Notes: generated by a model not told the origin, from the letters alone. A stretch of 64,000 bases of DNA from an uncultured delta proteobacterium (GCA_963796685.1 CAWCMR010000025.1:1728001-1792000), one strand, 5' to 3'; counted from the stretch's first letter, positions 48,471 to 59,524 are shown. Numbers and translations: made by a program.

Positions 48471-50847
48471 ATGGCTGAAGCCGACGAAGAAGACCAGAGC
48501 GCGGAAGAGCGCGACGCGATCCCCTGCGAGGAAGAGGGCCATCTTGCGCGCGTAAAGGAGAGTCTTCGCGCGGCCGCACCGCGCACGGGAAAATCAGGGC
48601 GTAGCCACGCCAACGACGAGTTGCTGGCGTTGCGCGACGAGATCGGCGAGGCACGGCTTGAGGACGTGCCCGCCCTGGTGGCGCAGATGGAGCGTTTGCA
48701 GGAGGTGTCGCTCACACGGGCCGAGCTGCAAACCATGCTGGTAGATCCGCGCTCGCCCTACTTCGGGCACCTGCGTTTGCGCGAGCGGGTGGCAGGCCGG
48801 GGCGAGGTCGAGCGCGACATTTTCATCGGCCGCGCCACTTTCACCGACGTCAAGGCGCGCGTGCACATCGTCGATTGGCGGAACGCGCCGGTCAGTCAGC
48901 TCTATTACTGCTACGGCGAAGGCAGCGACTACGAGGAGACCTTTGGTGAGCGTGAAGTGCAGGGCGATATCCTTCAACGCCGTACCCTGACCATCGAGGA
49001 CGGGATGCTGTTGCGCGTGGCCAGTCCGCAAGGGGTTTGGGTCAGGAAGAACACGTCGACGTCGGCGGCTTCACGCTGGAGGCGCACGGATGTGCCGGTG
49101 CGCGAGCTCGGAGGAGGCGAGCAGACCGCCACGCGCCCGGCACCCCGTCGCGGCGTGCTCGGTGCGGCGCCCGAGGACGTGCAGCGCCTGGATCGGCACT
49201 TGCCCGAGATCGCGGCGCTGATCGACCCGCGCCAGTTCGAGATCATGACCGCGCCCCATTCCGGCGTGGTGGTCATCCAGGGAGGCGCAGGGAGCGGCAA
49301 GACCACCATCGGACTGCATCGTCTTGCCTACTTGAGCTTCGCGCACCCCGAGCGATTCCCGTCGAAGCGCATGGTGGTCGTGACCCAGGGTACGGCGCTG
49401 GCAGGCTACATCGGTCAGGTTCTGCCGGCCCTCGGCGTCCCGGGCGTGCGCGTGCTGACCTTCCAGGAGTGGGCCGAGAGAGAGTTGCAGCGGGCGATCC
49501 CCTGGCTACGCGCGACGGTCACCGACGAGGTCGTTCCCGCCGTGACCCGGGTGAAGAGCCATCCCGCCTTGCTGCACGAGCTGGAGCGGCGCGCCCGATC
49601 GCCCAAAGCCAAGCGGGGCAAGAGCGCCGTGGTCGAGCTGTGGGCGGATCTGCTGACCGACCGCGAGTTGCTGGTTTCGCTCATGGGCAACGATGAGGAG
49701 ATGCGTGTTTCCCAGGCCGACATCGAGGAGGCCCATCGCATTCTGGTGACTCGCGTGGGCGCCATCGTCAGCCGCGATCCGCGCGAGCTGCCGCCCAAGG
49801 AGAAGAAGACGTCCCCGGCGAAAAGCCGCGCGGTCGAGAGGGCGCGCAGGGAAGAGCCTCGAAGACATCGAGGCTTGGACCTCTCTCGGCAAGGGCGAGG
49901 GGGCGAAGAAGAAGACCGTGGATGACGAGCTGCCCGAGCACGTGCGGCGCGTGGAGGCGGAGCGCGACGAGGTCGACGACGACGAGAACGTGCGCGGCGA
50001 GATCGGTATCGATGGTCAGCGCACCGAGGACGACCTGCCGATTCTGGACGTCGACGATCTTGCCATCCTCTTGCGCGCCAATCAACTGCTGCGCAAACCG
50101 GAGACGCCGCTGCGCCATCTGTTCGTGGACGAAGCCCAGGATCTGTCGCCCATGAAGCTGGCGGCGCTCATCGGTCGAACCACGCCGAATGGGCACCATT
50201 CTGGGCAGGTTCCGTCGATCACCCTGGCGGGCGACACCGCGCAGCGGCTTTTTCTCGACAACGGTTTCGGCGACTGGCGCGCGGTGCTGGGCCACCTCGG
50301 GCTGGCGCACGTGGCGGTCGAGCCCCTGCGTATCGCCTATCGATCCACGCGCGAGATTCTGTCCCTGGCCCGCCATGCCATGGGGTCGCTGCCCATCGAT
50401 GTGCCGGCCGAGGCCAAGCGATCGGGTGCTCCTGTCGAGGCGTTTCGATTTTCCGCCGCTGGCGCGGCAGTGGGATTTCTGGCCGAGGCCCTGCGCGATC
50501 TTCTGGTGCGCGAGCCACGCGCCACCGTGGCCTTGCTGGCGCGCTACCCCGAGCAGGCCGACCGCTATCACGATGGCCTGCGCCGGGCAGAGGTGGCCAG
50601 CCTGCGCCGCGTGCGGGCCCAGGATTTCACGTTCCGTCCCGGCATCGACGTCACCGACGTACGCCAGGTCAAGGGGCTCGAATTCGACTACGTGGTCTTG
50701 CTCGACGTGAACGCCAGCAGTTACGGGGGCGACGATGAATCCCGTCATCTCTTCCACATCGCCGCCACGCGGGCTGCCCACCAGCTATGGCTCATCGTGA
50801 CCGGGCAACCGTCGTCCTTGATCCCGCCCGAGTGCTTGCGCGACTGA
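48471..50847 (+). CDS. HelD-like SF1/UvrD-family ATPase (frameshift near 49850)
   Basis: PYFGHL, IVDWRNAPVSQLYY, QGGAGSGKTTIGLHRLAYL, HLFVDEAQD, AGDTAQ, YRSTREI, KGLEFD, AATRA; ORFs 48471..49925 and 49918..50847 join by removing one G at CGCAGGGAAG. Confidence 0.85.
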
Positions 50848-50958
50848 AGAGCGCCTTTCGCGGAACCTGAGGCCTCGGGTTGCGGGCAAAGCCCGCGCTA
50901 TGCCAGAGGCCGCCGGGCTTGTAGTATGCGGTCTCACTCTCCGTCGGGTGGTCGATCC

Positions 50959-52366
50959 ATGTCACAGCCCGCCAATGAAAAACGACAATCGGTGTCCGCT
51001 CTCACGGACGTCGCTCGTATGGGACCACGGTCGAGCAGGCTGGCGGCGATGCTATTTGGTGACCCGTCGAGCATCGGGCTCGAACACCGCATCTTCAGCG
51101 GCCTCATGCTGCTCACGACTCTGGCCGGACTATTCGCGACCGTTCAGAATCTGCTCATTGGCACGCAGATGTACATGGTCGCCTCCGGGGTGGTGAGCGC
51201 CGCGGCCGGTGCGACCGGCTATTGGCTGGGACGACGGGTGCGACGGTGGCGACGGATGCTGGCGCCGATCTTCGTGTTCTTCCTCGTCCTGCTTTCGGCC
51301 TGCTGGATCTCGCAGGCCGGTAGCAAGGGGACCATCGGCTACTACTTCTACCTTCTGGTCTGCTACCAGGTCTTGTTCTTCAGGGGGGCGCGCAAGGTCG
51401 TTTCGCTGGCCCTGACCGCAGTGACGATCGTGGTCCTTCTGCTCGTCGAGCGTCAGTTTCCCGCCGTCATTCTTTCCTACGCGACGCCCGGATTGCGATT
51501 CGCCGATGTGGCGTTCACGCTGCCCCTTTGTCTCTTCATGTTGGCGTTGTTCATCCACATCGTGTACGGGGAGTACCAACGCGAGAGGAATGCCAGAGAC
51601 GATCTCCTGCGCATGATGACCACGGAAAGAGACCGGGTCGAGCGCTCCATGCGGGACAAGCAGCGCTTGCTGACGGTCGTGTCCCACGACATCGCCAACG
51701 CCCTGACGGTCCTGCAAGGTGATATCTCGCTCGCGCGACTCGCCCGGCCGCCCGGCGCGCCGCTTGGCCAATCCACCCTCGAGCGGATGGACTACGCCTG
51801 CGCCAACATCGGGGAGATCATCGCCAGCGTGCGCATGATGGAAGCGGTGGAGCAGGGGCTGATGGAATTCAGCCCGAGACCCGTCGATCTGCAGACGGTG
51901 TTCAAGAATGCCGAGATTCTCTTCGCCGAGCGGCTGGCCAGGCGAAGGATGCGCATCGATCTCCCGGAGCCTCTCGAACGAGAACCGATTCGTCCTGGCC
52001 GATGCGAAGATCCTGGCCAATCACGTCTTCAACAATCTGATCTCCAATGCCATCAAGTTTTCCTACCCGGACTCCAGCATCGTGGTGACGGTCCATCGCC
52101 AAGGCGATCGCATCACCATCCAGGTCACCGATCGAGGGATCGGCATGCCGCCCGAGCTGGTGGCCAGCCTCTTCGATCTCGACGCCAAGACCACGCGCCC
52201 GGGAACCGACGGCGAGCCCGGCACCGGATTCGGAATGCGCACCGTGAAGAGCTTCATGGACCTGTTCGGCGGACAGATCGAGATCTCCTCGACCCCCGAG
52301 AGCTTGCGTCCGAACGATCACGGTACGACCGTGGGCATTCGCCTCAGGAGCGCGCAGCCTTTGTAG
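50959..52366 (+). CDS. Membrane sensor histidine kinase (frameshift near 51972)
   Basis: About six TM helices; H-box VSHDIANAL; second frame NNLISNAIKFS, DRGIGM, GTDGEPGTGFG. Confidence 0.9.
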
Positions 52367-52378
52367 TTTCCGGGACGA

Positions 52379-53461
52379 TCAGATTCTGCGCGCCGGTTGC
52401 TGCTGGGTCAGGCAGTGCAAGGTGCCGAAGCCGAGCACCAGATCCACGGCATGGATGCCGACGACCGGGCGGTCGCGAATGAGCTCGCCCAAGATGCCAA
52501 GTGCGACGCGATCCGCGGGATCGTTGAAAGTGGGGACGATGACCACGGCGTTGGAGATGTAGAAGTTCGCGTAGCTTGCGGGCAGGCGCCAATCGCCGTG
52601 GTAAAGCGGCGCGGGCACGGGCAGCGCGATGACCTCGGGACGGCTGCCATCCTCGAGGCGCACGTCTTCGAGCCGTTCCCAGTTGTCGCGCAGGGGCCGG
52701 TGGTTGACGTCGTGCTCGTTCTTTTCCTGGATGAGCACCAGGGTGTCGCGATTGACGAAGCGGCACAGATCGTCGACGTGGCCGTGGGTATCGTCGCCCA
52801 CGATACCGTGGCCGAGCCAGACCACGTTGCGGGCGCCGAGGTAGTCGTGGAAGACGCCGTCGTACTCCTCGCGGGTCATGCCGGGATTGCGGCACTGGGT
52901 CTTCTGATCGAGAAAACATTCTTCGGTGGTAAGCAGGGTGCCTCGGCCGTTGACGTCGATGCCGCCGCCCTCGAGCGCAACCATGCCACCGTCCACACCT
53001 GGGCGCGCGACCGGGAATATGCGCAAGCCCAGGCGCTTGGCGATGGTGGGTGCGAGGCGGTCGTCTTTGTGCCAGTTGGGGTACTTGGCCCAGGCCGTGA
53101 ACTTGAACTTGGCGACGGCCACTTCGGGCCGGAGGCCGGCCTTGCGCACGCAGATGGGGCCGAAGTCGCGCGACCAGCCGCGGTCGCTCGGGGTGCGAAA
53201 GAACTCCACGTTGGCCATGTTGGCGTGCGCGCGGACGAGGATCCGCCGCGCCTTGGCCTCGCGGGCCGCGGAATCGATCAAGACTCGGACCTTCTCGCCC
53301 TCGGCGATCTTGCGCACCATCTCGCCATAAACCCACTCGATGGCTGCCAACTTTCCCGGCCAATCGGTGCGGCAGTGGGGCCAGCCCAGCCAGGTCGCCT
53401 CGTGTGGCTCCCACTCGGCGGGCATGGCGAATCCGAGCTCAGCGGGCGGCTTGGCTTTCAT
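52379..53461 (-). CDS. aguA: Agmatine deiminase (PAD family)
   Basis: MPAEWEPHEATW, WSRDFGP, LEGGGIDVNG, DDTHGHVDD, ASYANFY, GTLHCLTQQ. Confidence 0.93.
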   Translation of the reverse strand: MKAKPPAELGFAMPAEWEPHEATWLGWPHCRTDWPGKLAAIEWVYGEMVRKIAEGEKVRVLIDSAAREAKARRILVRAHANMANVEFFRTPSDRGWSRDFGPICVRKAGLRPEVAVAKFKFTAWAKYPNWHKDDRLAPTIAKRLGLRIFPVARPGVDGGMVALEGGGIDVNGRGTLLTTEECFLDQKTQCRNPGMTREEYDGVFHDYLGARNVVWLGHGIVGDDTHGHVDDLCRFVNRDTLVLIQEKNEHDVNHRPLRDNWERLEDVRLEDGSRPEVIALPVPAPLYHGDWRLPASYANFYISNAVVIVPTFNDPADRVALGILGELIRDRPVVGIHAVDLVLGFGTLHCLTQQQPARRI

Positions 53462-54357
53462 CGTTCATCTCTGTCCATGAATCGGCGCTCGATCCCGGTG
53501 TAGGCGTCGATGCGGCGGTCGCGCAGAAAGGGCCAATTGCGGCGCACGTCCTCGATGCGGGCCGGATCCACCGCGCCGTAGAGGATTTCCTGACGGTCGC
53601 TTGCAGCCTCGGCCAGGACCACGCCCTGCGGGTCGCACAGGAAGCTTCCCCCCCAGAATTCCAGGCCGGGCGGGCCGGCCGGAGTTTCCGTGCCCACACG
53701 GTTGACCGCAGCCACGTACACGCCGTTCGCGATGGCGTGCCCGCGCTGGACGGTTCGCCAGGCGTCGCACTGGGCCACGCCCTGGGCGGCTTTTTCGGCC
53801 GGGTGCCAGCCGATGGCCGTGGGGTAGAAGATCACGTCGGCCCCGCGCAGGGCCACCAGGCGAGCCGCCTCGGGAAACCACTGATCCCAGCAGATGAGCA
53901 CGCCGAGGTTGCCGAACTCGGTCGGGAAGATCCGAAATCCGAGATCGCCGGGCGTGAAATAGAACTTCTCGAAGTAGGCCGGGTCGTCGGGAATGTGCAT
54001 CTTGCGGTACGTGCCCAGGATCGCGCCGTCGGTGCCGATGACCGCGGTCGTGTTGTGGTACAGGCCGGCGGCACGTCGTTCGAACAGGGAGGCGACGACC
54101 ACCACCGCGCTACGGCGCGCCTCCCAGCCCAGGGCTTCGGTGCTGGGGCCAGGGATCGACTCGGCCAGCGCGAACAGGGACGCGTCTTCCTTCTGGCAGA
54201 AATAGTGCGAGCGGAAGAGCTCGGGTAGACACACCACCTTGGCGCCGTGGCTTGCGGCTTCGCGGATCTTCGCGCAGGCGGCGTCGAGGTTGGCGGCGGG
54301 ATCGGCGGACATCGCCATTTGCACGAGGGCGATCGGGTAGGGCGCGCGGGCTTGCAT
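53458..54357 (-). CDS. aguB: N-carbamoylputrescine amidase (carbon-nitrogen hydrolase)
   Basis: LPELF..YFCQ, YRKMHIPDDP..EKFYFTPGDLG, ICWDQWFPEAAR, YPTAIGW, WPFLRDRR; ATGA-coupled to aguA. Confidence 0.9.
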   Translation of the reverse strand: MQARAPYPIALVQMAMSADPAANLDAACAKIREAASHGAKVVCLPELFRSHYFCQKEDASLFALAESIPGPSTEALGWEARRSAVVVVASLFERRAAGLYHNTTAVIGTDGAILGTYRKMHIPDDPAYFEKFYFTPGDLGFRIFPTEFGNLGVLICWDQWFPEAARLVALRGADVIFYPTAIGWHPAEKAAQGVAQCDAWRTVQRGHAIANGVYVAAVNRVGTETPAGPPGLEFWGGSFLCDPQGVVLAEAASDRQEILYGAVDPARIEDVRRNWPFLRDRRIDAYTGIERRFMDRDER

Positions 54358-54441
54358 GGGCACTCTTTACCTCAACCGCGAGGATCTTTCTATGTGGTGG
54401 CGTGCTTGACGAAGCCCTGTCCATCGGGGAGAAGGTGCAGG

Positions 54442-55140
54442 GTGAGCATCGACATTCGCGGAAGATGGGCCTTGGTCACGGGCAGCAGTCGCGGCATCGG
54501 CCGCGAGATCGCGCGCGGCCTGGCAGCCAAGGGTTGCAACGTCGTCCTGCACGGCCGCAGGCCGGAACACAACGCCAGCCTGGCCGACGAGCTCGGCAAG
54601 GGGGTCAAGGTCGCCGTGGTCGCAGCCGAGCTCGCCACCGAGGCCGAGGTGGATCGCCTGATCCGCGAGGCACAAGCCGCGAGTGGCGGCATCGACGTGC
54701 TCTACAACAACGCGGCCATCATGACGCCATTCCGCCAAGACTGGGCCACCGTCACCGCCGACGACTATCGGCGCAGCTTCGAGGTCAACGTCATCGCGCC
54801 CATCCGTATCACCCACGGTCTTCTGCCGGGCATGCTGCAGCGGCGCTTCGGTCGCATCGTGCAGGTCACCTCCGGGATCCGCGATCAGCCCGAGCTCATG
54901 GCTTACGCGGCTTCCAAGGCGGCCCTCGACAAGTTCGTGCGCGACACGGTCGTCCGCCTGCGCGACACCGGCGTGACCATGAACCTGCTCGATCCCGGCT
55001 GGCTGCGCACCGATCTCGGCGGCCCCAACGCTCCCAATGCCGTCGAGTCGGTCATGCCCGGCGCCCTGGTCCCCGCCCTGGTCGAAAACGACGTGCAGGG
55101 TGCGTGGTTCAGTGCGCAGGAGTATGCCAAGAAGGCCTGA
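54442..55140 (+). CDS. SDR-family oxidoreductase
   Basis: ALVTGSSRGIG, NNAA, YAASK, PGWLRTDLGG; GTG start. Confidence 0.93.
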   Translation: MSIDIRGRWALVTGSSRGIGREIARGLAAKGCNVVLHGRRPEHNASLADELGKGVKVAVVAAELATEAEVDRLIREAQAASGGIDVLYNNAAIMTPFRQDWATVTADDYRRSFEVNVIAPIRITHGLLPGMLQRRFGRIVQVTSGIRDQPELMAYAASKAALDKFVRDTVVRLRDTGVTMNLLDPGWLRTDLGGPNAPNAVESVMPGALVPALVENDVQGAWFSAQEYAKKA

Positions 55141-55143
55141 GCG

Positions 55144-55944
55144 TTACTTCTTGGGGAACAGATCTGCGACGAGGTCGGTGAAGACCTCGAACGAACGCTT
55201 GTCGGCCTTTTCGTTGTAGGCCGCGCCAGTCTTCGGGTCCGAGCCGGCGCCGATATCGGTGAAGCTGTGCACCGCGCCGCCGTAGACCGTCATTTGCCAA
55301 TCCACGTGGTTCGTGCGCATCTCGTTCTGGAAGGCCGCGATGTCGGCGGGCTTGACGTAGGGATCGTCCGCGCCTTGCAGGGCGACGACCCTAGCTTTGA
55401 TGTTCTTGCCGTCGGCGGGATTGGGGCTGTCGAGCCCACCGTGAAAGCTGACCACGGCCTGCACATCGGCGCCGGCGCGGGCCAGCTCGATCACTCCGGT
55501 GCCGCCGAAACAGTACCCAACCGCCACGATCTTGGCCGGGTCGACTTCCTTTTGCTCGCGCAAGACCTCCAGGCCGCGCAGCACGCGCTGGCGGAACAGC
55601 TTGCGATCGCCCTTGTACTTGCCCGCGAGCACCATCGCATCCTGCGCGCCCTTGGCACGAACACCCTTGCCATAGACATCGACGGCGAAGACCGCCAGCC
55701 CCAGCTTGGCCACGCGCTCGGCCTGCCTCTTGGTCTCGTCCGTCAGGCCGAGCCAGTTGTGCACCATGAGCACGCCGGGGATCTTGCCCTTGCCAGTATG
55801 CGGATAGACGAACAGTCCCTCGAAGCTCTGGTCGCCGATCCTGTACTCGACGGGTCGGCTCTTGACCGCAACCGTTCCGGCCATGGTCATCGGGGCAGCG
55901 GCAAGCAGGCTTCCAGCTGTCAGGATCGCTTGAGAAATCGTCAT
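55144..55944 (-). CDS. Dienelactone hydrolase family protein
   Basis: HNWLGL, DVYG, GYCFGG, SFHGGL, GADDPYV, YGGAVHSFT. Confidence 0.93.
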   Translation of the reverse strand: MTISQAILTAGSLLAAAPMTMAGTVAVKSRPVEYRIGDQSFEGLFVYPHTGKGKIPGVLMVHNWLGLTDETKRQAERVAKLGLAVFAVDVYGKGVRAKGAQDAMVLAGKYKGDRKLFRQRVLRGLEVLREQKEVDPAKIVAVGYCFGGTGVIELARAGADVQAVVSFHGGLDSPNPADGKNIKARVVALQGADDPYVKPADIAAFQNEMRTNHVDWQMTVYGGAVHSFTDIGAGSDPKTGAAYNEKADKRSFEVFTDLVADLFPKK

Positions 55945-56001
55945 CGTGTCACCTCGCTCACCTGCGGATGTAGATGCAGAGCTGTGTGACTTGGTGACAA
56001 A

Positions 56002-57249
56002 ATGCCACGGATGCTGGCCGTCCCGTCGACAACTTTCTTCCGCGCGAAGTGCCCGGCGATGCTCCTGGCCCTGGCCTGTGCGGGCAAACCGGCCGTGGCA
56101 CCTGCGTCGCCGATTTCCTCCGGACCACCCATCTTTCTGCATGCGCCAGAGGTGCTGGCTCGTCACAAGGCGCGCTTTCTGGCCGATCCACGGCATCCCG
56201 AGCCCGCGCTCGCGCGCCTGCTCGACGAAGCCCGCAAGGCGCGGACGGAAAAGCCGTTCTCGGTTACCGAGAAGACCGCGCTTCCACCGAGCGGCGACAA
56301 GCACGACTACCTGAGCCTGGCGCCCTACGCCTGGCCCGATCCCCGCAAGCCGGATGGGCTGCCCTATGTCAGCCGCGATGGGCAGAGCAACCCCGAGCGC
56401 GATAGCATCCCGGACCACGCTTACTTCGCGCGCATCGTGGCGCTGACCGAGACCCTGGGATTGGCCTACTACTTCACCAACGACGAATCGTTCGCCGAGC
56501 ACGCGGCGCTGCTACTGCGCACCTTCTTCGTCGAGCCGGCGACGCGCATGAACCCCAATCTCGACTTCGCGCAAGGCGTGCGCGGCAAGGAAGACGGGCG
56601 GGCCGCAGGCATCATCGACACGGCGGGCATGGCTCGCCTCGTGGATGGGGTCGGCTTGCTCGCGGGCAGCAAGTCGCTGTCAGAAGCGGATCGCGATGGG
56701 TTGCGTGCCTGGTTTCGCGACTACCTGACGTGGTTGCGCGCAAGCGAGCTCGGCCGCAGGGAAGGCCGAGCCGGGAACAACCACGGAACCTGGTACGACG
56801 TTCAGACGGTGTCGTTGGCGCTGGCTACAGGGCAGATCGAGCTGGCGCACGAGATCCTGCAGTTCAGCCGCAAGCGCCGCATCGGCCGACAAATCGACCC
56901 CGATGGCAGCCAGCCCGAGGAGCTGCAGCGCACGAGGTCCTGGCACTACGCGGTCTACAACCTGCAGGCCTTCGTCGAGCTGGCGAATCTCGGCGACTGC
57001 GCGGGCGTGGATCTGTGGCACTACCAAACCCCCGACGGTCGCTCGATCCGCAAGGCCATCGCGTGGCTAATCCCATTCGGCCTTGGCCAGAAATCCTGGA
57101 CCACGCCCGAAATCGGTGGCGTGAAAGCGGACGCCCTGTGGCCCATCCTGCGCGAGGCCGCATCGCGCCTGCAAGACCCGGGATTCGCGGAAGCCGCCGC
57201 GCACCTGGGCCGTCACCAGACCGACCGACTATGGTTGCTTGTCGAGTGA
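56002..57249 (+). CDS. Alginate lyase family (alpha/alpha toroid) exported protein
   Basis: PPSGDKHDYLSLAPY.WPDP..RDG..NPE, TRMNPNL.FAQ, GIIDT, NNHGTW, QPEEL.RTRSWHY; start may be 56011. Confidence 0.88.
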   Translation: MPRMLAVPSTTFFRAKCPAMLLALACAGKPAVAPASPISSGPPIFLHAPEVLARHKARFLADPRHPEPALARLLDEARKARTEKPFSVTEKTALPPSGDKHDYLSLAPYAWPDPRKPDGLPYVSRDGQSNPERDSIPDHAYFARIVALTETLGLAYYFTNDESFAEHAALLLRTFFVEPATRMNPNLDFAQGVRGKEDGRAAGIIDTAGMARLVDGVGLLAGSKSLSEADRDGLRAWFRDYLTWLRASELGRREGRAGNNHGTWYDVQTVSLALATGQIELAHEILQFSRKRRIGRQIDPDGSQPEELQRTRSWHYAVYNLQAFVELANLGDCAGVDLWHYQTPDGRSIRKAIAWLIPFGLGQKSWTTPEIGGVKADALWPILREAASRLQDPGFAEAAAHLGRHQTDRLWLLVE

Positions 57250-57267
57250 GGGAGGAATTCGCTGCCC

Positions 57268-57295
57268 TTGACATGGCGGACTTTGCCGCCATTCT
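57268..57295 (+). promoter_or_regulatory. Leaderless-type sigma70 promoter with inverted repeat in the spacer
   Basis: TTGACA-16-CATTCT-6-ATG; ATGGCGG-N6-CCGCCAT. Confidence 0.5.
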
Positions 57296-57301
57296 CAGGT
57301 C

Positions 57302-58300
57302 ATGCGGGCATGGCTACTTGATGCGCTCACCGGCGTCGCGGCCTTGCGGCTTGGCGAGGTTCCGGATCCCAGGCCCCAGGCTGGCGAGGCCGTCCTGCGC
57401 ATCCACTACGCGGGGCTGAACCCGGCCGATCGCTATTTGGCCGAGCGCCAGTACCCGGCCAAGCCGCCCTTGCCGCACATTCTCGGCCGGGACGGAATGG
57501 GAACCGTGATCGAGGTGGGCCCCGGCGTGTCGGGCGTCTCCGTCGGCGATCGTCGCATCGTCCTGCGCGGAGATGTTGGCGTCGAGCGCGCCGGGACCTT
57601 CGCCGAACGCGTGGCGGTTCCGGTCGAGAGCCTGGTGGAAGTGCCGAGCGGGTGGGACGAGCCCGAGGCCGCGGGCGCGACCCTGGTCTACCTGACCGCG
57701 TACCAGGCGCTGACCATGTGGGGACCGCTTCCACCCTCTTCGCTGGTGCTGGTCACCGGCGCGTCGGGTGGCGTGGGCGTGGCCTCGGTGCAACTGGCTG
57801 TCGCCATGGGTTTCACCGTGGTTGCGCAATCGCGCAGCGAGGAAAAGCGCCAGCGCTTGCGCCAGCTCGGCGCCAGCCTCTGCCTCGACCCTGCGTTGCC
57901 CGATTGGCGCGTCGCTTTGAAGAAGACCCTCGCACCCCGCCGCGTGGATTTGGCCATCGACAACATCGGCGGCTTGCTTTTGCCCGAGGTCATCGAGACC
58001 CTGGGCGACGCGGGAAGAGTCAGCCTGGTCGGCCGTCTCTCCGGCCCGGTTCCGTCCTTCAACACCGCCGCTCTCTTCTTCCGCCGCATCCGCATGGGGG
58101 GCGTCGCCGTCGGCGCCAACACCAACGCCGAAAGCCGAGCCGGCTGGCAGGAAGTGCTCTCGCTGCTCGCGCGCGCGAACGCGCGACCGCTCGTCGACAG
58201 CGTCCTTCCCTTCGCAGAGCTGCGCGAGGCCTTCGCCCGCCTGGCGGCGGGGCCCATGGGCAAGGTGGTGCTCGAGGTGGGTTCGGCACTTGGGCGGTAG
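57302..58300 (+). CDS. NADPH:quinone reductase / MDR-family oxidoreductase
   Basis: GLNPAD..YP..PLPHILGRDGMG, GTFAERV, YLTAYQAL, LVTGASGGVG, GKVVL. Confidence 0.92.
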   Translation: MRAWLLDALTGVAALRLGEVPDPRPQAGEAVLRIHYAGLNPADRYLAERQYPAKPPLPHILGRDGMGTVIEVGPGVSGVSVGDRRIVLRGDVGVERAGTFAERVAVPVESLVEVPSGWDEPEAAGATLVYLTAYQALTMWGPLPPSSLVLVTGASGGVGVASVQLAVAMGFTVVAQSRSEEKRQRLRQLGASLCLDPALPDWRVALKKTLAPRRVDLAIDNIGGLLLPEVIETLGDAGRVSLVGRLSGPVPSFNTAALFFRRIRMGGVAVGANTNAESRAGWQEVLSLLARANARPLVDSVLPFAELREAFARLAAGPMGKVVLEVGSALGR

Positions 58301-58371
58301 GTCGGCGGGCCCAGGTCGTCAGCCGACCGCCGCGTCGAGCTCCGCCAGAAGGTGCTGGGTCAGAAGGTCAG

Positions 58372-59514
58372 CTACGAGGCGGGGCCGAGCTTCTGTCGCA
58401 GCTGGCCTAGCGGCACATACTCGATCTCGAGCCGCTTTTCTCGTCGAGCATAGGACTTCGTCACCTGCGGGCTTACGACGAGATTTCTGCCTTTGGGGTA
58501 GCTCTGCCGGAAAGCGGAGATTCCTCGCGCTTCGAAGGCGTCAACGGCCCATTTGCACTCGATGATATCCACGTGCGCGCGGCCCCGAGGCAGCACGAAA
58601 TCCACCTCGCGCTGTTGTTTGTCTCGCCAAAACAGGACCGGATCGATTGGAATCGAGCGGAGTGTATCGAGAACCAGGTGTTCCCAGAGCAAACCGCAGT
58701 CCTCCGGGCGCAAGACATCCCACCCGCGTGCGTAGCACACGAAGCCGGTATCGAATCCGTAGAGCTTGGGCTGGGCGATGATCTCGCGACGGCCACCCTC
58801 AGCATAGGGACGAACCAGGTGTGCAACGTGGGTGATTTGAAGAATATCGAGCCATGCCATGGCAGTTGGTCGGCTGACGCCAGCGTGCTTCGCCAACGAT
58901 GTCACCTCCAACATGCCGCCACTTTGGCGCAGAACCAGCTCGACGAAACGCAGAAAGTCGCCCCGCTTATTCAGGCGGAACAGCTCTTGCACGTCGCGCG
59001 CAAAATACGAGTCGAGCCACTCGCCATAGAATTCCGAATCGCGTCCCTTCGCCAGCAGCGCCGGCGGCAGCCCGCCTTTGAGCAGCCGCTCGCGTAGGTC
59101 CAAGACATCGAATGCCGAAAGCTCTTCCGCCAGAATAGGGCACAGCTCGACGCTGCGTTTGCGCCCGGTCAGGCTGTCGCGGAATTTCTGTGTCGCGGCC
59201 AACGTGGACGAGCCCGTTGCCAGAATTCTCAGCTTGGGAAAGGCATCTGCGCCGATCTTCAGAACGCGGCTGGGATCCGAAAGCTGATGGATTTCGTCGA
59301 ACACGACCACGCGGGACCGCAGCGCTCTGTAGAAACTCTCTGGATCCCGCAGGCGCTCCTCCGTGCTGGGAAGGTCGCAATTGAGAAACTCGGCATCGTC
59401 AACGGCGCTGGCGAGCACGGTCTTTCCCGTTCGCCGCACCCCGGTCAGCCACACGATGCGCGCTCTTTCCCAACCCTTGCGCAAGCGCTCCACCCAGACA
59501 GGCCGATCGACCAT
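58372..59514 (-). CDS. AAA_14 ATPase-wHTH-DUF4143 protein, copy 4
   Basis: GVRRTGKT, FDEIHQ, ATGSS, DSLTGRK, GGLP, YFARDV, PKLYGFDTG, GLLWEH, FWRD..EVDFV..IECK. Confidence 0.92.
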   Translation of the reverse strand: MVDRPVWVERLRKGWERARIVWLTGVRRTGKTVLASAVDDAEFLNCDLPSTEERLRDPESFYRALRSRVVVFDEIHQLSDPSRVLKIGADAFPKLRILATGSSTLAATQKFRDSLTGRKRSVELCPILAEELSAFDVLDLRERLLKGGLPPALLAKGRDSEFYGEWLDSYFARDVQELFRLNKRGDFLRFVELVLRQSGGMLEVTSLAKHAGVSRPTAMAWLDILQITHVAHLVRPYAEGGRREIIAQPKLYGFDTGFVCYARGWDVLRPEDCGLLWEHLVLDTLRSIPIDPVLFWRDKQQREVDFVLPRGRAHVDIIECKWAVDAFEARGISAFRQSYPKGRNLVVSPQVTKSYARREKRLEIEYVPLGQLRQKLGPAS

Positions 59515-59524
59515 GATAGGACTA

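Noticed and set aside
50876-50897. Rifamycin-associated element (RAE)-like sequence near the HelD-like gene
   Set aside because: It lies downstream of the gene and matches only loosely; a GCGGGC-AAA-GCCCGC hairpin explains it.
5200-51980. Frameshifts near 5208, 11240, 13585, 44500, 45830, 49850 and 51972 as programmed recoding or phase variation
   Set aside because: They are scattered over unrelated genes, mostly in short homopolymer or CG runs, with no shared slippery motif. Long-read indel error is the simpler explanation, though reads are needed to confirm.
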